A stretch of 64,000 nt of DNA. Source: a virus (Duplodnaviria > Heunggongvirae > Uroviricota > Caudoviricetes). Made by a program: the position numbers and the translations under genes. The DNA is taken from the IMG/VR virus record IMGVR_UViG_3300042006_000024. One strand, written 5' to 3'. Shown here piece after piece: positions 9,915 to 18,180 of the stretch; the stretch's first letter is position 1, and each line of letters begins with the position of its first letter. Under the pieces are notes generated by a model, which saw only the letters and a list, made by a program, of their open reading frames with translations, was not told the origin of the DNA and did not search any database.

Positions 9915-10298
9915 TTAGAAGAAAGGGTCGTTGGACTCTGCAATTTTCCGGTTGTACTTCACACGCTCGGCAGCGTTCAAGCATACACGATCCATGCGCT
10001 CGGCATAACGCTTTGCCGCTTTCAGGGAAGTGAAGGTACAGTGGAAGTTGTACCTGTTCTGAATGATGCCTGCGTCACGCAACGAGAACGGCCGAGTATA
10101 CGAGCCAGTCCCTAGGTCATCATCGAAGTATTCGAGAACTTCACCAAACAGAGCACCTGACGACCTTAACACTGGCCGTTTGGCGACGACCACCGTGTTG
10201 ATGTACGACGGCATACCTTTGTGTGGAAACGCGAGCACGTAGTACAGGGTCACACCTTGACGAACATCGGAAATCTTTGCCTTACTCATGTCGTTCAC
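9915..10298 (-). CDS. hypothetical protein
   Basis: ORF track. Confidence 0.6.
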   Translation of the reverse strand: MNDMSKAKISDVRQGVTLYYVLAFPHKGMPSYINTVVVAKRPVLRSSGALFGEVLEYFDDDLGTGSYTRPFSLRDAGIIQNRYNFHCTFTSLKAAKRYAERMDRVCLNAAERVKYNRKIAESNDPFF

Positions 10299-10374
10299 TC
10301 TTCAGAAGTTTCGTATGCCGCTATTGTATGGAAAGGAATGCTCAATGTAAACACTCCTAGCCAATTTATTTTCT

Positions 10375-10761
10375 TCAGTAGCAGCTATAACCTTTTGTGC
10401 TACGGGCTTCGAAGATCACCTTACCGAGCTTGCCCTCATCAACCATTTGATCGAAGTCAGTCATGAAGCGCGCATCGAACGACGCGTAGGACGACTTCTT
10501 GATGGTCAACGTGTCGGTCTTTTCGACCACGTCGAACATGTCTGCTGGCTCTGGACGATTCCAACCTTCAACAATCACCACATACGGGTCGTAGCTGAAG
10601 GTGTGTTCAGAGTCAAGACGTTTCTTCTTGTGACGGCACAGCACTTTGACCGCGTTGTTGTACTGTGCATACTTCTGATGGTCTTTGACTTCGATCAGGG
10701 TAATCTCATGTTTGATGATGTTGCCCATGAACTCTGACTTACGGTACATTGTTGCTTTCAT
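10375..10761 (-). CDS. hypothetical protein
   Basis: ORF track, GAGG RBS. Confidence 0.65.
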   Translation of the reverse strand: MKATMYRKSEFMGNIIKHEITLIEVKDHQKYAQYNNAVKVLCRHKKKRLDSEHTFSYDPYVVIVEGWNRPEPADMFDVVEKTDTLTIKKSSYASFDARFMTDFDQMVDEGKLGKVIFEARSTKGYSCY

Positions 10762-10774
10762 GATCTAATACCTC

Positions 10775-10993
10775 TCACAAATTCCAACGTTTATTGTATG
10801 CTTCAATATCTGACTTCAACCCCCAGGAAACGACCTCTGTGCCTGGATGAGCTTTCATCGCTTTGAACTGAGCATCGAGGTAGTCTTCACCTTCGATCTC
10901 ATATTCAGGGCATTTGCCAAGAGGGGTTGACCCGTCTTCATTACACAGTTGAATCAAATAAGTCTTCATGTGGTATCCAATCAGTGTTTGCAT
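10775..10993 (-). CDS. hypothetical protein
   Basis: ORF track. Confidence 0.55.
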   Translation of the reverse strand: MQTLIGYHMKTYLIQLCNEDGSTPLGKCPEYEIEGEDYLDAQFKAMKAHPGTEVVSWGLKSDIEAYNKRWNL

Positions 10994-11031
10994 GTGTGCA
11001 GTGTATTACCTACACACATCGGCGTATACCT

Positions 11032-11304
11032 TTATTTGGTGATTTGATACCAGCAAGTATCGGCAGCGTAGGTCACGACAATGACTTTACCGACGTTGGT
11101 CTGCACCAGTTCGATTTCGTGATGCTCGCCCGGCCACTCAGCGTTGAAGTGTTCGTACCAAGCTGCTTTGATCTTAGCGCGCTCTGCTTCGATGTGCGTG
11201 ATGATCATCGCATGCGCGTCACCAAAGTTCTCAGCGGACCCTAGTAGGGTCTCTGTGTTGCTGTCTTTGCTGGTGAACGAGAGAGTGACGTAGGAGACTT
11301 TCAT
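11032..11304 (-). CDS. hypothetical protein
   Basis: ORF track, GAGG RBS. Confidence 0.6.
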   Translation of the reverse strand: MKVSYVTLSFTSKDSNTETLLGSAENFGDAHAMIITHIEAERAKIKAAWYEHFNAEWPGEHHEIELVQTNVGKVIVVTYAADTCWYQITK

Positions 11305-11405
11305 GATCTATAAACCTCTTCACTGTTGTTTGATGTGATCAGTATACTGGTATCGGAACCAAAAGAAAAGCCCAATGAAGGGCGTTTCTTTACCACTGTG
11401 AAGCT

Positions 11406-11807
11406 TTACAGCGTGGCCGCCAACTTTTCAAGCTCTTCCAGGGACAGAGCTTTCAGACCTTCGCTTTTCTTCTGTTCGATCAAGTCAGCGATTTGCGCTT
11501 TGCGTTCCTGACGGTTGCGCTCATCGATCTTCGCCTGGTTCTCGGTAACGCGGACGTCGATGATGTGCTTGACAACTTCGAACTTCAGTTCCAGCACAGC
11601 GTTTTTCTTGCCGGTCGATACGAAGCTTTCTTCGGTGCCCTTCAGTTGACGGTTCAGCTCGACTGCGATTGCGTCCAGGTTCGGCTTGGTAGCCGAGGTC
11701 AGCGGCAAGTCCCAGAGGTCTTCAACAGACAGTTGACCGACTTGCGAAGCAAAACGCAGCTTCAGACGGGATGCAGCTTCGAACATGGTTTCAGTTGTAG
11801 TAGTCAT
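11406..11807 (-). CDS. conserved phage hypothetical coiled-coil protein
   Basis: FEAASRLKLRF...LSVEDLWDLPL motif; partner of upstream 689-aa gene. Confidence 0.7.
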   Translation of the reverse strand: MTTTTETMFEAASRLKLRFASQVGQLSVEDLWDLPLTSATKPNLDAIAVELNRQLKGTEESFVSTGKKNAVLELKFEVVKHIIDVRVTENQAKIDERNRQERKAQIADLIEQKKSEGLKALSLEELEKLAATL

Positions 11808-11856
11808 TGCAAGTGTTCCTTCAGATTAAATTTTCGGATTAGCCGAGAGTTGATGT

Positions 11857-13926
11857 TTAGAATACAACATTCAGGACGCGATTGATACTGCCTTTGACAC
11901 GAATCAGGATTTCTTCTTTCTTCGTTGTCGAGATGCCCACGCCGCTCAGTTGGTTGTCGTTCGCTGGTACTTTCAGGCTGCTACCGAGCAGTTCAAACAC
12001 CTTGCGATGCGCAGACAGATCATCACGCAGGAACTCGTTGTAGAAGCCGCGAGTACCTTCAGGGTTCACGCAGTCTTTCAGCATGAAGAACACATGTTGG
12101 TTACCGGTCTGCTTACCGCCCCAGAAGTTCGGAGAGCGCATGACCATGTCGACTTTTGCCCATTCTTCAGTCTTGATGTTCCACATGTCTTTCGAGCTTG
12201 CACCACATGGCATGTGATGCACGATGCTGAACACGCCGTTTTTCAGTGTGATCGTTGCAACGTCGACCCACTCTTTGTGACCAAGCGGCTTGTCGTATTC
12301 ATACTCGAACACTTGACCAGCGAACTCGATTTCAGCTTTGAAGCCGCCCAGTGTAGGTTGACGCAGATTCCAGTTGTGAATCTTGCACTGATACTCACCA
12401 TCCTTCAATCGCTTGATGTCTGGGAAAGTGATGTTCTCGACCGGAACATAACCAATTGGTGCTGCTTCGACATAATCGACGTCTTGACGACCACCAGACG
12501 CTGCATCACTGCGGTTGTTCCAGCCTACACGCTGACCACCAAGACCGTATCGGTCATGCTTACCAGATTCATGCTTGCAACCTGGCATGAAGACGTGCAA
12601 GTCCATCAGCGAGGCGTTGCGCTTGTCATAGTTCCAGCTGTGCGAGAAGCGAAGCACACCGTCGACCCGACCACCTTTTGCCTGTACGGCGCGACGAATA
12701 TCCGAGTCAGCGAGTTCACCACTGTACGACCAGGAGAACTTGCTGTCCCACTTGAACAAAGATGCCGCTTCAGCATGTACCGGCGCTACCAGGCTGACGA
12801 AGTTACCGACAAGATTATTCTTGATGAACAGTTCAACTTCGTCGGCTTTCGGCAACACGTTGTTGATGAAGTCTTCAACGCTGATGTTGTCAACGTTTTT
12901 CAGCTCAGGTACAGCACCTTTCTTGGTCGGTTTGACCGAGTCGAACGCGCCACCCAGGAGCTTCGGTTTCACAGAGCCGTTGACAAACAGAATGTCGTTG
13001 ACCGAGATGTCTTCACGAACGGCGTACCGACGTGCCAGCGCATCTTCGATACCAAGTTTGTCAACTTGTTTCTTGGCTTCGTCAATCATCTTTTGAGTGA
13101 CTAGAGCTTTCGGACGTTTGAAGTTCGCCGGTGCAACATGCGATTCGTACCGACCTACAGCGACTTCCAGTTCCATATCAGCGGACAGGTCAACCAGAAG
13201 CGCACCGATGACAGTGTTACGGATGCGAGTCGAAGGGGTCGCAGTGGTCCAGAGGTAAACTTCACGTTGACGGTCAGTCTTCAGCTTGTTGTAAGCAACC
13301 TTCAGAGTCTTCAACAGCTTGATGTGGTGTTTGTATTCATCACCGCGATACAGCGAACCTTGATCCATCAGTTCTTCAACGATGTCAACCGATGCGTCGG
13401 TGAGTTCAGTGATCGACCGTTTCAGGATCGCCACGTCGTCATTGCGCCCACCGACAACGTTCGAGCCGTTGTGTTTGAACTGATAGATGCGCGGTACGCT
13501 GGCAAAGAAGTGATTCCAGGTCGTACCATCTTCAGCTTTTGTGGTTGCTGCGCCGTAGCTTGGTTCACCGACGTAGAACGCGGACTTGATCGCTTTGCTG
13601 CGAACCAGCTCAGTCATTGCCTTGGCGACGACATCGTATTCACCCAAACCGAGGATCGAGTCCCAGACTGTGTGAAATTCATTACCTTTGACGAAGACCA
13701 CACCACCGATGTTCTTGATGAAGTTGCGGCATGTAGAGCAATCATGCTCGGTACGCTCGCGGAACATCTTGTTTGTACCTTCAGGGAACGATGCCAGGTA
13801 GTGGGCATACAGTTCGTCACCGGTGATGTCGACGATGAAGAGGTTCATCTTCTTACCGTCGTCTTTCTTGATCATTGTGTTGAAATTGCGGGTTACTGCT
13901 TGGCTGAATACGGAAAACTCGCTCAT
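11857..13926 (-). CDS. large conserved phage hypothetical protein (689 aa)
   Basis: EHDCSTCRNF Cys/His motif; internal SLMDLHV...DVD...VENI beta-rich domain; early promoter upstream. Confidence 0.75.
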   Translation of the reverse strand: MSEFSVFSQAVTRNFNTMIKKDDGKKMNLFIVDITGDELYAHYLASFPEGTNKMFRERTEHDCSTCRNFIKNIGGVVFVKGNEFHTVWDSILGLGEYDVVAKAMTELVRSKAIKSAFYVGEPSYGAATTKAEDGTTWNHFFASVPRIYQFKHNGSNVVGGRNDDVAILKRSITELTDASVDIVEELMDQGSLYRGDEYKHHIKLLKTLKVAYNKLKTDRQREVYLWTTATPSTRIRNTVIGALLVDLSADMELEVAVGRYESHVAPANFKRPKALVTQKMIDEAKKQVDKLGIEDALARRYAVREDISVNDILFVNGSVKPKLLGGAFDSVKPTKKGAVPELKNVDNISVEDFINNVLPKADEVELFIKNNLVGNFVSLVAPVHAEAASLFKWDSKFSWSYSGELADSDIRRAVQAKGGRVDGVLRFSHSWNYDKRNASLMDLHVFMPGCKHESGKHDRYGLGGQRVGWNNRSDAASGGRQDVDYVEAAPIGYVPVENITFPDIKRLKDGEYQCKIHNWNLRQPTLGGFKAEIEFAGQVFEYEYDKPLGHKEWVDVATITLKNGVFSIVHHMPCGASSKDMWNIKTEEWAKVDMVMRSPNFWGGKQTGNQHVFFMLKDCVNPEGTRGFYNEFLRDDLSAHRKVFELLGSSLKVPANDNQLSGVGISTTKKEEILIRVKGSINRVLNVVF

Positions 13927-13976
13927 TTGTCTTTCTCTTTCAGTGTCATGATTTAAGTGTTTTGTTCACGTTGCCT

Positions 13977-14005
13977 ATGTTAGCGAAGGCATCAACGAGT
14001 GTCAA
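13977..14005 (-). promoter_or_regulatory. sigma70-type early promoter
   Basis: TTGACA-17-TAACAT. Confidence 0.7.
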
Positions 14006-14019
14006 TGCCTTCGCAACAA

Positions 14020-14259
14020 TTATTTTGCTTTTTTGATCAGTGCTTTCAACTCAGCTTTCAGGGCACGCGCCGACTCACCGCGAAACGATGCGGCATTTGC
14101 CAGAAAGTAAAGGATGATCGAGTCTGCATCATCAAGACCATACTTGCTGTCAATCGTGGTCAAGCTGTGCATTGCATCGAGGTAAGGTTTAGCGGCATAG
14201 TTCGGTTTCGGCCATGCTGCGCTGATGTCTTTTGCGATTTCGTTGATTTGACGACTCAT
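14020..14259 (-). CDS. conserved phage hypothetical protein (MSRQINEIAKDI...)
   Basis: GAGG RBS; AKPYLDAM...YFLANAASFRG motif. Confidence 0.6.
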   Translation of the reverse strand: MSRQINEIAKDISAAWPKPNYAAKPYLDAMHSLTTIDSKYGLDDADSIILYFLANAASFRGESARALKAELKALIKKAK

Positions 14260-14287
14260 GATGTAGTACCTCTTCACTGTGCGTTGA

Positions 14288-14527
14288 TTAGTTGGTCCAT
14301 TCGACGATAAGGTATTCGTTTTTCGGGTGTTGCATGCCCATGATGGTTTGGCTATCACGGGCTTGTTGGTAGTTGAACAGAGTTTCACCCTGGACGATGT
14401 TGCAACACAGGGCCATATCGCTAGGATTTTCTTTTGACCGGCGAACCAGGATGTATTGCTTAGGTGCAGCTGGTTTAGTCGTCAGTGCTGCAATGATTCG
14501 CTTGAGCATGATGTAATCCTTCTTCAC
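14288..14527 (-). CDS. hypothetical protein
   Basis: ORF track, GAAGGA RBS. Confidence 0.5.
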   Translation of the reverse strand: MKKDYIMLKRIIAALTTKPAAPKQYILVRRSKENPSDMALCCNIVQGETLFNYQQARDSQTIMGMQHPKNEYLIVEWTN

Positions 14528-14570
14528 AGTGTTTCGTTGTGTATGACGCTATTCTATAGGTACTCCAGCC

Positions 14571-14600
14571 AAAATAAAAGCCCTTTCGGGCCTTTATTTA
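14571..14600 (-). terminator. Rho-independent terminator after SGNH gene
   Basis: aaataaaagccc-tttc-gggcctttattt hairpin. Confidence 0.75.
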
Positions 14601-14607
14601 CCAACTT

Positions 14608-16101
14608 TTACAACACTTGCCTCAGGCTCATCTTGCGCACGCGTACAGTGGCTGATGGAGCACCACTGGTCGATAGGTAGCAAGCAAGACGCAGACGCAC
14701 GTCAGTGGCATCAGCGGGCATCACGAAGCGTGGTGAACGAATGAAGCCAGCAGTTGCAACAGGCTGAATAGGACTGGCGTTGTCGTATCGATCACCATCC
14801 CAGAGAGCGATAGCACCAGACACAGCAGTTACCGTTGCACCGAGTTGCAATGACAGGACATTGGTAGCCCCTGCATCAAGCTCATATTCGCAGACAGCCT
14901 CATAGGTAGCACCAGGCACGCATTTAGTGTGTAGGCTGATTTGACGGAGAATGTCGACAGCGGCAGCAGATGTTGCAGCAATACCACCAATGACGACTTG
15001 TTGCCAATCACTCACTTTCGAGTAAGTGCGAGTCACACCAGTTGTACCTGTCGCGTTAGTACCACCCCAGCCATCACCAAGAACACCACTACCACCTGTC
15101 CCAGGAACCCCTGCAGTGCCCAAGAACAGCGGGTTAACCGATGCATCACCTGTGACGTTAGTACCAGCCACCCAGACGTTGTCAGCATTAGGCATGATGA
15201 TCTCAACAGGCGTCATTGTGTTCATGACATCGCCCAGCGGGTAGCCTGTCCAGTAAGCACCAACTGTACGAGGATGCAGACCGTCGTGCGTGTAGCCTAG
15301 TTTGATACCTTTCAGATCACCTGAAGCGACGTCAAGTAGTGTCGGCCAGTTGTCAACCACTTTGCAGTTGTTGCTTGGCAGTTCAGCCAGGATGCGGTCA
15401 TGCACTTCGATATGGTAAGCCAGTTGAGCGCCCGACAGGTACTTCTCAGGGAACAGCGCATCACCGCGTGGCATAGGGGTCATGATGATTACGAAGATGC
15501 CAGCAGCAATTAGTTCATCGCGCATCTGACGCAAGTTGACCATTGTCTGTTCAGCAGTCATCGCAGCCGAGCCACGGTCGTTAGTGCCACCCATGATAAC
15601 GCAAGCACCTACACCAGAAGCGATTACGTTGGCTGTACGAGGTTTCATCATTGCAGTAGTGTCACCACCCTGACCATAGTTATCGGTCAACTTGAAGACA
15701 AAGCGTTGTTTGGCGCGACGAAGTGCGTTGCTGATGTAACCGTAGTTTTCAGTACCGTTCGTTGTGGTTGAACACTGAGCGGTAATGCTGTCACCGAGAA
15801 TTGCAATACGGTTGTTAGCAAGGACAAACATCGGCGCGTCCATGAAGCTTTCAGGATCATCGATGAAGCCTTGTAGGTCATCAAAGTCAAGAACAATCGT
15901 CGTGCCTAGATAGGTCATGTTGACCGAGTCACTGTCGATTGTAGGAGGTGAAATGAGGTCGAAGTAAGCTTGGATGCTCTTTGGAAGTTGTACGTTCGAA
16001 ACAAGCAGTTCGCCAGTCTCTTGAACGATCCAACCTTTTTCAGTCAGCACGACATTGCGTTTTCTGATGTGTGGTTTACGTGACCAGGATGGATATTTCA
16101 T
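14608..16101 (-). CDS. SGNH/GDSL hydrolase (putative polysaccharide acetylesterase) with C-terminal beta-sandwich domain
   Basis: ILGDSIT (block I), GQGGDTT (II), MGGTND (III), DGLHP (V); late promoter upstream. Confidence 0.85.
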   Translation of the reverse strand: MKYPSWSRKPHIRKRNVVLTEKGWIVQETGELLVSNVQLPKSIQAYFDLISPPTIDSDSVNMTYLGTTIVLDFDDLQGFIDDPESFMDAPMFVLANNRIAILGDSITAQCSTTTNGTENYGYISNALRRAKQRFVFKLTDNYGQGGDTTAMMKPRTANVIASGVGACVIMGGTNDRGSAAMTAEQTMVNLRQMRDELIAAGIFVIIMTPMPRGDALFPEKYLSGAQLAYHIEVHDRILAELPSNNCKVVDNWPTLLDVASGDLKGIKLGYTHDGLHPRTVGAYWTGYPLGDVMNTMTPVEIIMPNADNVWVAGTNVTGDASVNPLFLGTAGVPGTGGSGVLGDGWGGTNATGTTGVTRTYSKVSDWQQVVIGGIAATSAAAVDILRQISLHTKCVPGATYEAVCEYELDAGATNVLSLQLGATVTAVSGAIALWDGDRYDNASPIQPVATAGFIRSPRFVMPADATDVRLRLACYLSTSGAPSATVRVRKMSLRQVL

Positions 16102-16130
16102 GATGGTTTCCCACTTAGTTATAGTACCAT

Positions 16131-16137
16131 TATTTAG
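16131..16137 (-). promoter_or_regulatory. T4-type late promoter
   Basis: CTAAATA about 30 nt upstream of SGNH start. Confidence 0.55.
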
Positions 16138-16160
16138 TACGTGGGCACTATTTACAGCCA

Positions 16161-16190
16161 AAATAAAAGCCCTTAGTTGGGCTTTTATTT
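16161..16190 (-). terminator. terminator closing the tRNA/ncRNA array
   Basis: aaataaaagccc-ttagtt-gggcttttattt hairpin. Confidence 0.75.
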
Positions 16191-16286
16191 ACAGCTACCG
16201 AATTAAACCCCTTACCGCCACGGGCTAGACCTTGTTACAGGTGGGAGCGCAACTGCTTTATGGGCAGGACGGTTCAGCGCTTTGAT

Positions 16287-16374
16287 TGGAGGTGACGGTG
16301 AGATTCGAACTCACGGACCGTTTCCAGTCTGCGGTTTTCAAGACCGCCGCCATAGGCCACTCGACCACGTCACC
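16287..16374 (-). tRNA. tRNA-Ser(TGA)
   Basis: GGTGACG/CGTCACC acceptor, GCGGT-CTTGAAA-ACCGC, long variable arm, encoded CCA; discriminator is U rather than the usual G. Confidence 0.9.
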
Positions 16375-16383
16375 ATATTCGTT

Positions 16384-16704
16384 TTACTCTGTGCCCATCT
16401 CGGCATCACGCGCTGCTTCACTTGTCCACAGCTTAGCACCTTCGTGAAAGACGACAACATAGTCACCTGAACTTGTTGTCTCACATTCCCATTGACCGTT
16501 AACGATCTTCGGTGCTGAGTAGACTTTGTAATGGTCATCTACATCGAGGTCATATACAATCTGACCACTTCTCAAGTGTTTGACTTCGATTCGACCTTCA
16601 GGTAGCGAACGCTTGCCGAAGATATTGTCGTAGTTGTTGGCGTAGGCCTCACTTGCTGCGCGTGTCTGAATGTTATCGCCTGTAATGTCGTTCTTTGAAG
16701 CCAT
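16384..16704 (-). CDS. hypothetical protein within tRNA array
   Basis: ORF track; NDITGDNIQT...YANNYDNIFGK motif. Confidence 0.6.
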   Translation of the reverse strand: MASKNDITGDNIQTRAASEAYANNYDNIFGKRSLPEGRIEVKHLRSGQIVYDLDVDDHYKVYSAPKIVNGQWECETTSSGDYVVVFHEGAKLWTSEAARDAEMGTE

Positions 16705-16732
16705 CGCTGAATCTCTTGCTGTCTAATGAATT

Positions 16733-16808
16733 TGGCACCCCAGGATGGAGTCGAACCACCAACCAACGGATTTGGAATCCGTCATTCTGCCAATTGAACT
16801 ACTGGGGT
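16733..16808 (-). tRNA. tRNA-Trp(CCA)
   Basis: ACCCCAG/CTGGGGT, ACGGA-TTCCAAA-TCCGT, TTCGA loop, GCCA end. Confidence 0.9.
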
Positions 16809-16815
16809 ATTGTTA

Positions 16816-16894
16816 GGAAGACCGAGGAAGGAGTTAAACCTTCGTATTCAAGTGTCCACTGTTCGCTTGTGCTCTTACGTTCAGCCACTCGGCC
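16816..16894 (-). ncRNA. tRNA-like RNA with enlarged anticodon loop, no CCA
   Basis: GGCCGAG/CTCGGTC, GAAGG-TTTAACT-CCTTC, CAAG/CTTG closing a 13-nt loop. Confidence 0.55.
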
Positions 16895-16901
16895 ATAATA
16901 T

Positions 16902-16984
16902 GAGAGAGTTGTTAAGGGGATCGAACCCTCGACCGCATCAATCGTGTAGTACTCCACAGATCAACACAGCCACCATGCCAACTC
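16902..16984 (-). ncRNA. tRNA-like RNA with 4-nt loop in the anticodon position
   Basis: GAGTTG/CAACTC, AGGG-TTCGATC-CCCT, TGTGG-AGTA-CTACA. Confidence 0.5.
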
Positions 16985-17001
16985 ATAAAATTAATCTGAA
17001 G

Positions 17002-17117
17002 TGCAGTAGGTGTCGGGAATCGAACCCGCAGTCTTAAGCCTTGATCTCTCCACCAGAAGAGAGCCCCAAACAACAGAGCAGGGAATCGAACCCTATACCT
17101 TACCAAAACCTACTACA
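17002..17117 (-). ncRNA. structured RNA with two T-arm hairpins
   Basis: 10-bp closing stem TGTAGTAGGT/ACCTACTGCA enclosing AGGG-TTCGATT-CCCT and CGGG-TTCGATT-CCCG. Confidence 0.65.
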
Positions 17118-17126
17118 TTTCAAAAC

Positions 17127-17202
17127 TGGTGCCGCCATCAGGATTCGAACCCGAGACCCTCTGATTACAAGTCAGACGCTCTACCAACTGAGCTATAGCG
17201 GC
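17127..17202 (-). tRNA. tRNA-Thr(TGT)
   Basis: Canonical cloverleaf, TCTGA-CTTGTAA-TCAGA, ACCA end. Confidence 0.95.
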
Positions 17203-17209
17203 GTGAAAC

Positions 17210-17286
17210 TGGATGCGGGAGCAGGATTTGAACCTACGACATGAGGCTTATGAGACCTCTGTTCTACCAAGCTGAACTACCCCGCT
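17210..17286 (-). tRNA. tRNA-Met(CAT), initiator-like
   Basis: Unpaired 1:72, GCGGGG/TCCCGC acceptor as in fMet; GAGGT-CTCATAA-GCCTC (lacks the full three G-C pairs). Confidence 0.85.
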
Positions 17287-17292
17287 ACAAAC

Positions 17293-17368
17293 TGGCGATC
17301 ACCGAAGCTTTACCTTCAGTCTCGAACCGACATGTCGAATCCGAGTGTGACTTTAAAGCCACGTGACC
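17293..17368 (-). ncRNA. tRNA-like cloverleaf with non-canonical T loop and extended anticodon arm
   Basis: GGTCAC/GTGATC + GCCA; GTGGC-TTTAAA-GTCAC; CTCG..CGAC-AT-GTCG..CGAG; TGAAG-GTAAAG-CTTCG. Confidence 0.5.
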
Positions 17369-17369
17369 A

Positions 17370-17732
17370 TTAAAACTGTTTATGAGCAATCCGGGCGCTG
17401 CCCTCTTGCATCATTGTATATATGACTACTTCTTTATGTTCATCTGGCTCACCGTGAACGAACACAAAGTTTCTAACCTTTGACACTCTTACAACTTTAC
17501 CGTGTTTGATACACAGCGCGTTGTAATGACCTCTTGACTGCATCAGTGCGAAGTCAACTGACTTTGCTTCACTGAAGAGCTTGCGGATCATTGATAGATC
17601 GCGGCCTTCTCTGAAGATGTCAGGATGGAACTGTAAGCGAAAACGCTCACGAAACCTCTTCCTCGCATGGGGTGTTATCTTCACTGTTCGCACTTTGAAC
17701 CTCATCATATATTTGTTGGCGCGTTGCGGCAC
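17370..17732 (-). CDS. hypothetical basic protein, possible RelE/DUF4258-like fold
   Basis: ITPHARKRFRERF N-terminal motif. Confidence 0.55.
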   Translation of the reverse strand: MPQRANKYMMRFKVRTVKITPHARKRFRERFRLQFHPDIFREGRDLSMIRKLFSEAKSVDFALMQSRGHYNALCIKHGKVVRVSKVRNFVFVHGEPDEHKEVVIYTMMQEGSARIAHKQF

Positions 17733-17847
17733 GTTCCATACCGAGTGTGATCTTCTTGCTTGAGCGACCTGGATCGCATTGGCTCAGTGCCCGCTTACCC
17801 CAGTACTCATAACCATCACCCTTTGAACCTCTTACACTTCGCGACAT
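17647..17847 (-). CDS. small basic phage protein
   Basis: MSRSVRGSKGDGYEYW motif recalled from phage tRNA regions. Confidence 0.55.
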   Translation of the reverse strand: MSRSVRGSKGDGYEYWGKRALSQCDPGRSSKKITLGMERAATRQQIYDEVQSANSEDNTPCEEEVS

Positions 17848-18053
17848 TATCGACCCTTCTTAGCTGCGGCTTGTCTGATTACACGAGACTCAACCTTGTT
17901 TGGTATATGCGGACGCTTTGCAAGCTCAGCACGTACTGCGGTGCTTTCGACTTCGAAGTTAATTTGCTCTTCGAATGGCGAGTAACCTTTGCGAAAGCTT
18001 TGTAGCAAGTTCAACAGTTGCTTTGTATGTAGACTTGAATAATCACGAGACAT
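17847..18053 (-). CDS. hypothetical protein (MSRDYSSLHTKQLL...)
   Basis: GAGG RBS before internal Met; stop abuts next start. Confidence 0.55.
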   Translation of the reverse strand: MSRDYSSLHTKQLLNLLQSFRKGYSPFEEQINFEVESTAVRAELAKRPHIPNKVESRVIRQAAAKKGR

Positions 18054-18073
18054 AACAACCTCTTCACTTTGTT

Positions 18074-18175
18074 TGGCGGGGAATTGTCGATTCGAACGAC
18101 TCTTCATAGCTCGATGCTAAGCGTGCTGCCGTGATAACCAGAAGGCCTACCAGCAATCAATTACACTATCACCCC
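18074..18175 (-). ncRNA. tRNA-like RNA with hairpin-expanded D region and 5-nt anticodon-position loop
   Basis: GGGG/CCCC-GCCA ends, GTCG-TTCGAAT-CGAC, TAGC-ATCGA-GCTA. Confidence 0.5.
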
Positions 18176-18180
18176 ATATT

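Noticed and set aside
11950-13104. Long plus-strand ORFs (also 6472-7281, 8671-9537, 13138-13956, 26215-27129 and others)
   Set aside because: Antisense shadows of well-supported minus-strand genes, with no recognisable motifs or RBS
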